64,000 nucleotides of DNA, from the NCBI RefSeq assembly GCF_004010195.1, contig NC_057749.1, positions 25,025,248-25,089,247 on the forward strand, in the 5' to 3' direction. The position numbers and the translations under genes were made by a program. This document shows positions 12,241 to 24,206 of the stretch, piece by piece (the stretch's first letter is position 1; each line of letters opens with the position of its first letter). The DNA is from Chiloscyllium plagiosum. Lineage: Eukaryota. The notes beneath the pieces were generated by a model. It had not been told where the DNA came from. It did no database searches and saw nothing but the letters and a program-made list of their open reading frames with translations.

Positions 12241-12532
12241 AGCTGGTTAACTTCCTCCATTGTAGCCAGATTCAGGTTAATACGTTAATTTGTTTTCCCC
12301 GATTAGACTTTCTAACAATCAGTCTTTGTCTAAATCGGCGATGTGCAATTTACTGATTCAGAATTGAACTATGTCCTTGGTTCACTTGACTACAGTAAGT
12401 TTTTCCACTTCAATAGCTAGATCGCGCTACAGAAAAGAGCAGCGGAGACTTTCAGGGGACTGGAGGGTAACTTCTGAAGGAGAGTTCTGTTGCTGTAGAG
12501 CCAGCTGACACTTTAACCTAACGCACCTATGC

Positions 12533-12655
12533 AGAAGTGGGTACTGCAGGTGCTGGAGATGGAGTCAAGATGAGAGTGGTGCTGGAAAAGTACAGCAGGC
12601 CAGGCAGCATTTGAGGAGCAGGGAAATCGATGTTTCGGGCAAAGGCCCTTCATCT
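12533..12655 (-). mobile_element. Family A hammerhead-motif element, truncated at the core
   Basis: Minus strand reads GATGAAGGGCCTTTGCCCGAAACATCGATTTCC, followed by the family body. Confidence 0.85.
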
Positions 12656-13596
12656 GTTCATGTGGCAGCCGCTCTCCAGAGTGGAAGCTGAGTTCTTGTT
12701 TCATGTACCAAGCGGTTAACCATCAAAAGGATGGTGGAGGTTCTGGATTCATGCAGCTTGTGCTCACAATGGGCCAAGTGGCCTCCTCATGTATTGCTAA
12801 TCGGCTATAATGGAATTCCAATGATTGTCCCTTTTTCTGTTGCCCAGAAATGCAATAAACCATTGAAGATTACAGACGGAAGACTGGTCTGTCTTTATTT
12901 TTAAAATAAAACTGGCACTTAAGATCTTGATTTTGATGCTAGTGTTACCATAATGGGTAATGTTTTGGATCTTTTTTTAAAGTCTTATCTACCAAACCTC
13001 CTTGTATAACTGAAATATCCATACATGGCTACATCTTATGTGCATGTAAACTTGGCTGGAATGGGGCTGTCTGCTTATCGAGCAGCGCAAGGCTGGTACA
13101 GATGATTCACAGGAGATTTAAGCTACACTGCCAAAAGTACTATTTTTGGATCAGAACTTCCATAAATTGACATGCAAGTCTTAGCAGCTTTTTGGACTGT
13201 TGAGTTAATCTAAACACTCGTACACTCAATGAAATAACATTTCTGTTTTGGGTGAAATCCACTGTGGACTGGTCTCCCAGTGGCTGGCTGATTTGCGTTG
13301 GGGTTGTGGTGGATGTGCAGAGCTTTGTGGAGGTGTTTTGAAAGGAAACTATTCATTTCTGTGGTACCTTTTACAGTCTTGGTCTTAAAGTGTAGCAAGC
13401 ATATTGAGAATTTTAAAGGTGAATGTGGTTAAATGATTTTTCAAGTGTTTAAGGGTGGCTAGTTGAAGAAGGATGTGTTAAGAGACAAGGAAGTGTGGTT
13501 GCAGCAAATAGTTCAGTGTTATAACTTCAATGGAAACAGTGCTCCAACGATAAATCTACACAGTGAGATCTTAAGGAAATATATTCGGGCTCAGTT

Positions 13597-13908
13597 ATAG
13601 ATTAGATTACTTAGTATGGAAACGGGCCCTTCGGCCCAACAAGTCCACACCAACCCACTGAAGCGCAACCCACCCAGACCCCTACATTTACCCCTTCACC
13701 TACCACTACGGGCAATTTAGCATGGCCAATTCACCTAACCTGCACACCTTTTTTTGGACTGTGGGAGGAAACCGGAGCACTCGGAGGAAACCCACTCAGA
13801 CACTGGGAGAACGTGCAAACTCCACACAGTCGGTCGCCTGAGGTGGGAATTGAACCCTGGTCTCTGGCGCTGAGGCAGCAGTGCTAACCACTGTGCCACC
13901 ATGCAGCC
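13597..13908 (-). mobile_element. HE1-type V-SINE, well preserved
   Basis: Full head, core and (AGATT)n tail. Highly similar to the copy at 21552. Confidence 0.92.
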
Positions 13909-14044
13909 CATCAATTCTGCATTCAGTAAGATGATAGTTGATTTCTTGATGGTCCTGTTTGTCCACCCACAACCTCTATTCTTATACATTGTGACCCAGC
14001 CTCCTCTGCCCTTTGGGATAGCGAAGGCAGAAAGCTAGCTCTTT

Positions 14045-15180
14045 GAGTCAGAGATGCACAGCATGGAAACAGACCCTTCGGCCTAACTTGTCCATGCTGG
14101 CCAGATATCTTCCGAGAAGCAATTCTCCTCCTCCTCCTCTCCCTCTTAATCGGGATGCTTTTTTTTAAGATCTTGAAACAGTGCCTTGTTGCTCCTGGCC
14201 CTTCCAGAGGGAAACGTTCTCTCAGCATGTGAGGTCCCTCATCAGAAACCTGAATACTTCCATAAGGTCACCCTCATCCTTACGAAATCTAATTATACGT
14301 TCCTCAGAGGGCAACCTCTTCTTCTGGCATCAGCCGAGAGGCCTTTCAGAGAAGGTTCACAATGAATAAATATACTTTGGAGACCAACGGTCAGTACAGC
14401 AGTTCGGGACTCGGGAATGCACCTTAGTCATACCAAGACTGCCTGACTTTAATACTCCCAACTCCCTGCAATAAATTCCAGTATTCTGTTTGTGTTCCTA
14501 ATTAGTTGCTGTGGCTGCACTGCTAACCTCCTGTAATTCAAGTCTTGATGCCATCTAGATGCACTCTATCATTATATCTGTCGCCCCTCTCCATTTAATG
14601 AATCTGCTTTTCTCTTTGGTATTAAAAAAAAGTCAGCAATGTCTTTCATCCACACAGTACACCATTTACAAAGCTGTTTTTCTTTCCCTACTTTCTTAAA
14701 CCATCTCTATCCCTTTTGCAGACTGTTTGCTCTGAACTTGCAAACTATTTTCCAACTAGACTTTTGTATCACCAGCAAATGAGTCCCCAGTAAAATTGGT
14801 TCCTTTACGTAAGGTTTAAGGGCAGATTGCAAACACTTGAGACCCCTGTGCTGTATCCACTAGTTGGCTAACTATTCCAATTTTGCTTCCCCCTTGAATC
14901 ATCTTGTTTCTAACATAGAGGTCTACAGCACTGAGAAAGGCCATTCAACTTTTTGAATCGACACCAATCAAAAATGAGCACCAAGTTATATTCTAATCCC
15001 ATTTCTCGCCTATAGAGAAATATATATGCCTTGGCATCTCGGGTGTATACCTAAATACTACCACAATGACTGACTGCTTCTGCCTGTGCCATCCTTACAG
15101 GCAGTGATTCCCAACACCACCTGGATTGGTGGGGTGGGGGGGCTGGGGAGAAAAATTCCTCAGTAAACCACTTCAAAGAA
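14045..15180 (-). mobile_element. Cluster of decayed CR1 3' fragments
   Basis: Tails such as CACAGCATGGAAACAGACCCTTCGGCC and TACAGCACTGAGAAAGGCCATTCA, plus a TTTGTATCACCAGCAAAT (FADDTK-like) remnant. Confidence 0.6.
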
Positions 15181-15229
15181 TGGCCATAAAAGGGAAAATG
15201 GGATGATGTGTTTGACAAACCATGACGAT

Positions 15230-15449
15230 TATTTTCCAACTCATTCGCATTAACGAAATGCAGAATTTGCTGTAATGTGGATTGACCAATTGAGGACCCG
15301 GTTTCTAAACCATGTACTTTTAAAGCACGTGTTGGATGTAACACGATTACATCGCCAATATTTTTAAGTGGTGTTTCTAAAGCGTGACTTTTCTATAATG
15401 TGGGGTTGCGCAAGAACACAACCAATCGGTTATAGAAGAACTGCCTGTA
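15230..15449 (-). mobile_element. Tc1/mariner-pogo (Tigger-like) MITE remnant
   Basis: Ends TTATAGAAGAACTGCCTG-TA. Related to the copies at 29700 and 55610. Confidence 0.6.
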
Positions 15450-15717
15450 CTGTACATAAATATTTCTATCAAAAACAGGAATTGTAGGATCCTTAAAGTC
15501 TTGAGTTACTCTGCTTGTTGTGTAAAGCATGAACTATTGATCTGTAGACTGTTATTCAGCCCAGCTAGTTCAGTCACTGCCAAGACTGCAAGAATCCCTA
15601 GAACATTCTGCTTCGTTTGATCGTGTTGTGATTGTGGAGGTCAAGAAAATACATCCCTGTTATCATTTTTCAAGCAGTTCTTTTAATCCACCTGTTCAGA
15701 TGAGTTGAGATACAGGT

Positions 15718-15978
15718 TGGTGGGCTGTGGTTAGCACTGCTGCCTCAGCACCAGGGTCCCAGGTTTGATTCCAGCCTCTATCGACTCTGTCTGTGGAGTT
15801 TGCACGTTCTCCCAGTGTCTGCGTGAGTTTCCTCCGGGTGCTCCGGTTTCCTCCCACAGTCCAAAGATGTGCAGGTCAGGTGAATTGGCCATGCTAAATT
15901 GCCCGTAGTGTTAGGGTCGATGTGGATTGGTTGGGTCAAAAAGCCTGTTTCCACACTGTAGGGAATCTAATCTAATCA
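15718..15978 (+). mobile_element. HE1-type V-SINE nested in a minus-strand short tRNA-SINE (about 15685-16055)
   Basis: HE1 core and tail. The two flanks join into the short SINE family. Confidence 0.85.
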
Positions 15979-17041
15979 TCTCTGGAGCAGTTGGGACTTG
16001 AACCCAGGCCTCCTGGGTCAGAGTAGGGGCAGTACTACTATGCCACAACAGCCCCTGTATTTATTCTTCTGTTCCACAGAATTATAATTCCTAGGCCTAT
16101 TTAGATAGTGAATCCTATGTAATAATTTGAAGGAACTTAGTATGTATGCCAAAAGTCATGCCTTTATGGGTATGAGTTGGTTGCCCACATGCTTCACTTT
16201 GCTATGACTTCCTTACTGCAACATCTGGCACTGTTCTGGACAGACACTATTCTGTTGTGCTGTTGGTGGACCAAATGCTGACTAAAACTGAAGGGAGTTT
16301 CAAGCAGAAGTGCTTTAGTTGTTCAGCTAATTCGGTTGACTTGATCCTTTCCCAGAATAAGGAGTCTTTCATGTGAACCTGGCTAAATTTGGTCATTAAG
16401 GCGATATTTTAATCTGTACATAAAATAGTTTGTGGAGCTGAATTCAAATGGCAATTAGCTTGTGGGGGGGGGGGGAAGCATTCAACCCTGTGCCTCAAAA
16501 GCTAATTTTTCTAATCTTATCAGTCAACAGCTGTAGACATTCTTGTCATTGAGATTAAAGGAGTCTGAAGCTTCTAATGTCTGATTTTGTGCACTATATA
16601 ATTGGCCTAGAAATAACATATGGTTTTCTACAGAAATGAGAGTCTAAGTTAAATCACATCTAATATGGTTATACCTGAAATGCCTGAGCCACAACCCCCC
16701 TCATTATGTGTCCTGAAGCTTATTTAAGTAGACCTCTACAATTTGTACCAAATCATGACTTTATTTGAATGGTGAATCTTTAATGTTATGAAAATCTAGG
16801 ATGAGCTTTAATGCCTGCACTTAGGAATTAGGTTTTTACTGTCACCTATACTCCAGTATAGGAGTGCAATGAAAAGTGGACAAAGTCGCTGTACGTCTCT
16901 ATGGCTCTGTGACTCTGGTGACCTCTTGATTACAAAACCAGAATAAAAAAAGGAGCAGCAGAAATAAACAAATTCAAAAGGAATGAGAATCATCTGGATT
17001 TTAAGTCGTCATTAATTCCATTGTTACTGATGCAGCTACTT

Positions 17042-17248
17042 TGGCGAAAGTGGGTACTGCAGATGCTGGAGATCAGAGTCAAGTTTAGAGTGGTGCTGGA
17101 AAAGCACAGCAGGTCAGGCAGCATCCGAGGAGCAGGAAAATCAACGTTTTGGAATGATTCCTGATGAAGGGCTTTTGTCCAAAACATAAATTTTCCTTCT
17201 CCTCTGCTGCCTGACCTGTGTGTTTCCAGCACCACTCTAATCTTGGCT
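17042..17248. mobile_element. Family A palindromic element with perfect 15-bp TSD
   Basis: TSD CTGATGCAGCTACTT at 17027-17041 and 17249-17263. Inverted arms. Core CTGATGA-A-GGGC-TTTT-GTCC-AAAA. Confidence 0.9.
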
Positions 17249-17709
17249 CTGATGCAGCTACTTAGACCGATCATTCAAATTACTGGATGGAATGATTGAT
17301 AACCTCAACATTTGGCTGCGATTCTTTTATCAGGTTATTCTTGTTACCAGCAGGTGAGGAAGGAGCATTGGCTCCCCTCGATGTAAACCCCTGTGGCAAC
17401 AAATCTTTTAACACTCTGCTACAGTTCTTCAATTAAAACTAAGTTGACTTGATCAAAGGGAAGGAAGCTGTTTCAAGGTTTTGATGAGTGAAAGAAAGGA
17501 ATCTTTTTATTAACCAGAGAAAAGAATAAATTGAGACTTTAAAAATGGGTAATAAGTTTACGAAGTGCTTGCGGGGTAGAGAGGAAGGGGGAAGGTGTCT
17601 AGCACAAACAGGAAAGTAAAAGCAGAAATAGTTTCAAGTCTTGGAGTCTTTGTGAGAATGAAACGTGTCTGCCACTGTTTAAGCTGTTGTCTTGCTTCCT
17701 GAATCTTGA

Positions 17710-17899
17710 TTTGGTGGTGCCAATGTTGGACTTGGATGAACAAAGTTTTAAAAATTGCAACATCAGGTTATAGTCCAACAGGTGTATTTGGAAGCAACAG
17801 CTTTCTGAGCACCTTCAGGTGGTTGAAGGAACCACTCAAAGCTAGCGCTTCCAAATAAACCTGTTGGACTATAACCTGGTGTTGCAATTTTTTAACTTG
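17710..17899. mobile_element. Family B palindromic element with 11-bp TSD
   Basis: CAGGTTATAGTCCAACAGG / CCTGTTGGACTATAACCTG inverted arms. TSD CT(G/A)AATCTTGA at 17699-17709 and 17900-17910. Confidence 0.85.
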
Positions 17900-19129
17900 C
17901 TAAATCTTGAGTTGTTGAATATTTGCTTTCCCAAATTGCTTTTTCGTGTGAAAGCAAAATACTGTGGCCGCTAGAAATCTAAGGAAACGTCCCCTTTTTG
18001 TAATGATTGTTCATGTGCTTCCTTCAAGAGGTGAAACGTAGAAAGAAGGTGCGAGTCTTTCAGATTTTATTCATATTTGTTAATCCCTCTTTCTCTTTTT
18101 TGCTGTCAAGCAAACTATTGAAATATGCTCAATTTCTGCATTCCTGACACCAGCTCCATTGCTTGAAGAATAGCCATTTTGGAAAGATTATCTTTCGCCC
18201 TCAAAATGCAACTTTATCGTGCAAGTGTGATTCCTAAATAGGAGATGTGTACACTTCATGATGGTGACAGTTTGTCTCATTGTCGTTGGGTGAAATGGTA
18301 ACTTCAGTGCTGCCGGTTTAGGATGTTCTGAGTTCCCTGCACTAGTCTTGTTATATGGCTAGGTAAGCTCAGCTTTTTAACATTTTTTGGTCTTTTTTAA
18401 AAAAACAATCACTTGTTCCACGAGAGTCTTCAGTATTAAAATCAATTTGTGGGAGTTTTAGATAGTTCATACCATTATTGTAACAGCCTGAGTTGGTCTA
18501 CTTGAGAATTTGACTTTTCTTGTAAGTGGACAGGCTGATATAGCAATTTTCCTTCTCTCTTTCTCCCTGCCACCCCCCGCCCCTCCAAGTGATTTCTTGT
18601 TGATCCAATTCTAGGTTGGTCTCCCTCTCATGCAAATAACTCTTTCCCATTTTAAGCTAGCTTCAAATAACTTTCCAGCGGGACCGGTTTGGTAATGTTC
18701 GTGATCCCCTGAGGATGTTTTGCATCAATCGCCTTTCCTGTTTGCTGTGAGTGAGCTGAAGCAAATGCATATTCTAACTGCCAACCAAGCTGAAATGGCC
18801 TGATTTCGGAACAGTAAACTGGGATTAATGACTGGACAAATGTGATCTTAGTTGGGGTAGTGCAATGGTAGTTTAAACAAACCTGTTAATTGCCTCATGT
18901 GACATTTGATACAAAATGGACCTCAGATTTGCTTGTTAAAATGTGTATATTTTAAGCATTGTGAAATATCTTAGATCCTACCAAAAGGAGGTCTTTTTTG
19001 CATTCTACCCATAAATATCCTCTTGGCTGTAAATAACTTGTGGACTTGTTGGGCTGAAGGGCCTGTTTCCATACTGTAGGGAATCTAATCTAAACTTTTT
19101 AAAATTAATTTCATTCCATTCAATATTAG

Positions 19130-19800
19130 AGAGGCAGTGATATGGTGGTAATGTCACTCTACTAGTAAATCCAGAGACACTGGTTCAAATTCAATGAATC
19201 TGGAAGTTTAAACACTAGACTGCTGACCGTGAAACAATTAGGTAAAAGTGAGTACTGCAGATGCTGGTTATTAGAGTGGACAGTGTGGTGCTGGAAAAGC
19301 ACAGCAGGTCAGGCAGCAGAGGAGCAGGAAAATCGACGTTTCGGGCAAAAGCCCTTCAGGAAATTCTGAAGGGCTTTTTGCCGGAAATGTCCATTTTTCC
19401 TGCTCAGATGCTACCTGACCTGTGCTTTTCCAGCACTGCATTCTCTACTGATTATCATGAAACAATTGTCAACTCGTCATTAAAAACCCATTTGGTTACT
19501 GTCTCTGCTTTCCTAAAGGAGAAATCTGCAATCTTTACTTGGCCTGGCCTACATGTGACTTTAGATGCACGGTGTAGTCGACTCTTAACTGACTTCTTAC
19601 AATGGACTGGCTGGTATATCATTTATCAAGCCACTACAGAGCTGTAAAGGAATGAAACCGGATCACCCAGTATTTACCTCCCTCCCTACAAGCACAATGG
19701 GTGTACCTACTCACAATAGGCTGCAGTATTTTCAGAAGGTTGCTTGTGGCCACATTAAATGATAAAATGCTGGTCTATTCAGTCATGTCTACGTGCAATA
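19130..19800 (+). mobile_element. tRNA-headed SINE with L2-like tail, interrupted by a family A palindrome
   Basis: Shares TGGCCTACATGTGACT and AAAACCCAT.TGGTT with the copies at 26640, 30783, 50348 and 50915. Confidence 0.7.
19240..19447. mobile_element. Family A palindromic element with about 20-bp degenerate TSD
   Basis: TSD at 19220-19239 and 19448-19467 (16/20 match, core TGAAACAATT). Two head-to-head hammerhead-like motifs. Confidence 0.88.
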
Positions 19801-19859
19801 AGTTAATTAGAGTACTGTATCAAACCCTTGAGTTCAATGATCAATAATTCCTTGTAAGT

Positions 19860-20690
19860 ACAGAACTTAAATGTTGCCACAATAAAACCTTTTCTCTTGA
19901 ACTCAATAGAAACAAACCTGAAGGAAATGTTTTTGTAACATGGGAAGAAGGTGCTGATTGGCTGGGGCATCATTGGCATGATGCAGCAAGAACAGTTAAC
20001 TATCAGTCTTCATTCTCATCTGGTGGGTAGCTTCTGATTGGTCAGGGTGTTGCCATGGTGCAGCAGAAATTGACAGTCTTCATAACCCTTCTGTATGAAG
20101 AAGATGCAATGTATGTACAAAGCTTTTGCCTACTCAACAGGGTTATGTGAAAATGCAGCTTCTAGCACATAGTAATATATCACAGTGGGCCTGGCTGGTG
20201 GTGTTAAATTGATTTCCAGGGTAACCATTGGCACAGTCTGGATTAATTAGCCAATGCTTTCCAATAGCAGAATCATGGCTAAAGTTGGATATATGTATTG
20301 AGGCTTGTGATACTGGGTGTTTGGCCATTCACAGCAAAACTGATTGGGCTTAATGTGTTGGTTGCTAGGATACATCAGTGAGTGACAATTTGATCAGGCT
20401 ATCCATTTATCATGCAGGATAGTTTTGAAATGCCCCATTTTGTGTGTATCAAACTTACACTGAGCAGATTGCTAGGGTCCTTTTTCTCACTTGTCACAAG
20501 TAGCTGTTTATATTTTTGTGTATCCCCATGGCAACACCGATCAATCAGAATCTACTCCGTTTGGTTGACAGTTAACTGTTTTGGTGTATCACTGTGCCAG
20601 TGACGATTCAACCAATCAGCACCCTCTTTGCCGTGCAGGTTCAAATCGTGTCTGTTTGCATCCTCGTCCCTTAAACTTTTTTAGCAATGT
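19860..20690. repeat. Inverted pair of an unclassified CCAATCAG / CCATGGCAAC-containing repeat (third copy about 23590-23860)
   Basis: The reverse complement of 19945-20060 aligns with 20524-20630 (CCATGGCAACACC..AATCAGAA..AGTTAACTGTT..CCAATCAGCACC). Confidence 0.7.
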
Positions 20691-21493
20691 TTTAAAACTT
20701 AGTTGTAAAACTTAACCTGTATTAAGTACTTGATTTAAAATTGAGATGCACATTCTCATGGTATTCCTCACATTGCTGAGTCGTGAAAAGTTGGTTTTAA
20801 TGGTGCATGCCATTCTGTTCATGAATTTGTTTGAAGACATGGTGGTCAACTGACAAGTGAGGGCTTGAATGTTGTGATGCTTATTGAGCTGGAAGCGAAG
20901 GGGCGTGAGTAACTTTGACTAAACATCGTAATAAATTCAAATATCGTAAACTTTTAAAACCAGTTGGGAGAATGGGCCAATAAATGTTATCAGCCTTTTT
21001 AAGGGTGTGCAAGTTGGGGGCGAGAGAAATTAATGGCAAGATGTCCATTTGAAGGTTAACGATCAGGGATTAAAATTCTCTCCATGTGCGGACAGGCCAA
21101 GGTCCCTCTAGGATTTTGGTTTGTTGATAGTGCTGTTAATTTGAACACTCCTAGCTGTAGGTAAGATATTTTGGCTTGATGATGGTCTTGTTTGCAATTT
21201 GGTCCTTAATTATGAGAGATTTCAAGTTATACAAAAGGTGAAAGCACTAGATTGAGCTTTGGAGTACTGACTTAAACTATTCTTGTAACCAAAGTGAAAA
21301 TTAAGATGTAGATAGGCAACTTAACATGTGGTTTGCTGAAACTAATGGATGTTCTGAAGCTTTTTTGGACAAAGACTACGCGAGACAGTAAATCAACGTT
21401 TATTTTGTAGATAACTGTTCCCTATTACTCTGAAACTAGCTCACCAGGCTCTTGAACAGGAAGATATTTCAGGCTTGAGTTGGTTTTGTCTGT

Positions 21494-22017
21494 ACAGGCA
21501 ATCCCTGGATTGCGAATAGGTTCCATATTGGGGACAGTTGCAAGTTGATTTAGATTAGATTACATTACAGCGTGGAAACAGGCCCTTCGGCCCAACAAGT
21601 CCACACCGACCCGCCGAGGCGCAACCCACCCATACCACTACATTTACCCCTTACCTAACACTACGGGCAATTTAGCATGGCCAATTCACCTGACCTGCAC
21701 ATCTTTGGACTGTGGGAGGAAACCGGAGCACCTGGAGGAAACCCACTCAGACACGGGGAGAATATGCAAACTCCACACAGTCAGTCGCCTAAGGCAGGAA
21801 TTGAACCTGGGTCTCTGGCGCTGAGGCAGCAGTGCTAACCACGGTGCCACCGTGCCGCCGATTTGTTAGTGTATCTGGACACGTTGCTGGACAAAATAAA
21901 GGAGCTGTTCTTGAGTACAGGAATTGTCAGATCTTTAACATTAACACAAAGTATGGACAGTGTTTACAAGTAAGTGTCCAAACATCCAATTTATGAACAT
22001 TGGGGGGGGCTCCTATA
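21494..22017. mobile_element. Tigger-like MITE interrupted by an HE1 SINE
   Basis: Starts TA-CAGGCAATCCCTGGATTGCGAA and ends GGGGGCTCCTA-TA, a decayed TIR. Confidence 0.5.
21552..21859 (-). mobile_element. HE1-type V-SINE, young (many CpGs retained)
   Basis: Full length, with GATTT repeated on both flanks. Confidence 0.93.
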
Positions 22018-24206
22018 GTTAGGACTGACTTGCACAAACTGGAATGAAAGCACTGTTAGAAACTGAACACATCTGACTGCATCTGCCGGGGGGAGGCAAT
22101 GTTCCAAACCTGATGTGACACTGTGGAACTCGAGCATTTTTTTCGTTTATTTCTGATTTTTTTCAGCATCCACCGTATTGTATTTGTATGAACTAGACCC
22201 TGGTTTGCCTGAAGGCGGCCAGCAATTTCTCTAGATGTGTATTGTCTCCATGTTGAAGCTAAGCATAGTGACCGTTCCTTTTGCTGCTGCCTTGAGGAAG
22301 GCAGCAAGACTGGAGCCTGTGCATCTGCGCTCACCTCCCCTTGTAGAGGGAAGAACCAGATGCCCTTCAGTGACATAATACTACTTCTGCCTTGAAGGTG
22401 GCTGGTTGGTTGAGTTAAATACTAGAATCTGTGCATTGCCTCCAGACAGTGGAAATAAGTAACTGTCAAAGCATCACTCTGCACCCAATGCTTGTTTTGC
22501 CCAAATTAGGGCATGATTGTAGCAATGTCACAGCCCTGGCTATGTATCTAGAGAATATTAAGTATGCATAACGTGATGTGATCCAATTGGGCATTCAAGA
22601 TGTCTAGTCTAATGGAAATGTTACATAATCCATTTTTTTTTAAATAGAGAAGTAATCTCAGATTTTTAAACCTTGCTTGTGTTAAGCTTGATTGTCTCGT
22701 TTTTTTCCACCCTTAGATTTGTATCATGTTTATCAAATGAAGACGTTTATTTATTGTGTACTAAGTAGGCATATTGTTTCCACTCCCTGTAACCTTGTCA
22801 TGCTTACCATCTCCTGCTCAAAGTCATTACTGATTAGAAACTGTGGTCCCTTGCTAGCCCCTCTGAATTTTGTCACCTTGTGACCCAGAGAGCTGTGCTC
22901 CTTTTCTTTCTCCTGCCTTAATCAACTTAGAGTGCAATTGATGGGAGCATGACATAACGATATGGCATTGCCCCTCCTTTGCCAACTGGAGGTGGCTGAC
23001 TTGACACATGGTTTAAAAACAGCCAGGTGAACCCACATTGCAATATGGTGTGCATGCTGTCTCTCTGTGGTGGATTGTCTGCAGTCCCAGCAGTGACCAC
23101 TGTCTTCCCAGTGGTGCTAGAGACCTGGCAGCTCTCTTCAGGCAGGCCATCCTGTTAGATGGGGATGATCTGCATTTGTCGCTTGCCATAACAGCCAAGG
23201 GCATTGGTGCAAGGAAGTGTAACAAAAATAAAATTTTATAGTGCAAAGTCTGAATTGGCTTTGGATGGGATAGTATAACGTTTCAATAGTCGGTGAGTTG
23301 ACATGGGTAAGGAGAACTGAAGGGAAGGTCCAACGCCTGAATTTAAAGAATTGCTTAGTAGGTAGATATTTAGCATATAAAACTTGTGAAAGTGTGACCT
23401 GGAACCTTAATTACATTAATAATGTTGTCATATTTGTTTTGAACTATTTTAGTTTTGTTTTGGAGTTGGCTTGTCCAGGGGAAAACCAAAAATGAACAAT
23501 TCAGCCTCCTAGAAAGTCAGACTGGTTTGAGCGTGTTTTCACTTTTGCGGACAATAGATGCACATCCTGTTCCAACCCTGGAAAAATTATCGCTAGCCAG
23601 TTGTTGACTGGCAGTACCTTAACCAATCAGAGAGGCAACCTGGTTGGCTTTAAATGTCATTGAGGTTTGGCAGTTACTGTCAGTCATCTAACTAGTAAAA
23701 GCTTTGTTCTGAACAGTGCACCAATCAGTCAACTTCCCAGCTGATTAGCACTGTCCCCTCGCATGTTGGCAATCTCCCTATGCATTGGTATTCTAGTGAA
23801 TTGTCCTGATGGGCAAAGATGAAGAAATTTAAGTCTTTTTTTTTTTTCTTTTAGCAATACTATTTTTTTGCCAGATGTGTGGATGGTATAATTAGGAGAT
23901 ATTTCAGAAATGCCTTTTCAATAAAAGGGAAAATAATGGCACGGCTGATTTATGCCGTGCATTTTTAATGCTGCTTACCCTAATATGTCCATTCTTGATG
24001 AGAGCTTGGGGGGACAAAGGGTTAGTTTCGGGAAGGATTATGTGGAGCCCTGGATATTCCAGTTATAGCTGCCTCTGGTGAAAGGAAAGAACAAAATTGC
24101 CAAGCACTTTGGGGATATGCAAACCCATCATGAAAGGAGAAGGTTGCGTTTTAAAAAGTCAATTGTTTTTATAATTTCCAGAATTACTTGCACGAATGTT
24201 ATCCAC

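Noticed and set aside
17042..19447. Interpreting the palindromes as DNA-transposon MITEs or miRNA precursors
   Set aside because: TSDs are long and variable, arms are unequal, single-arm copies with their own TSDs exist, and family A is linked to a PLE endonuclease. There is no evidence here for miRNA processing.
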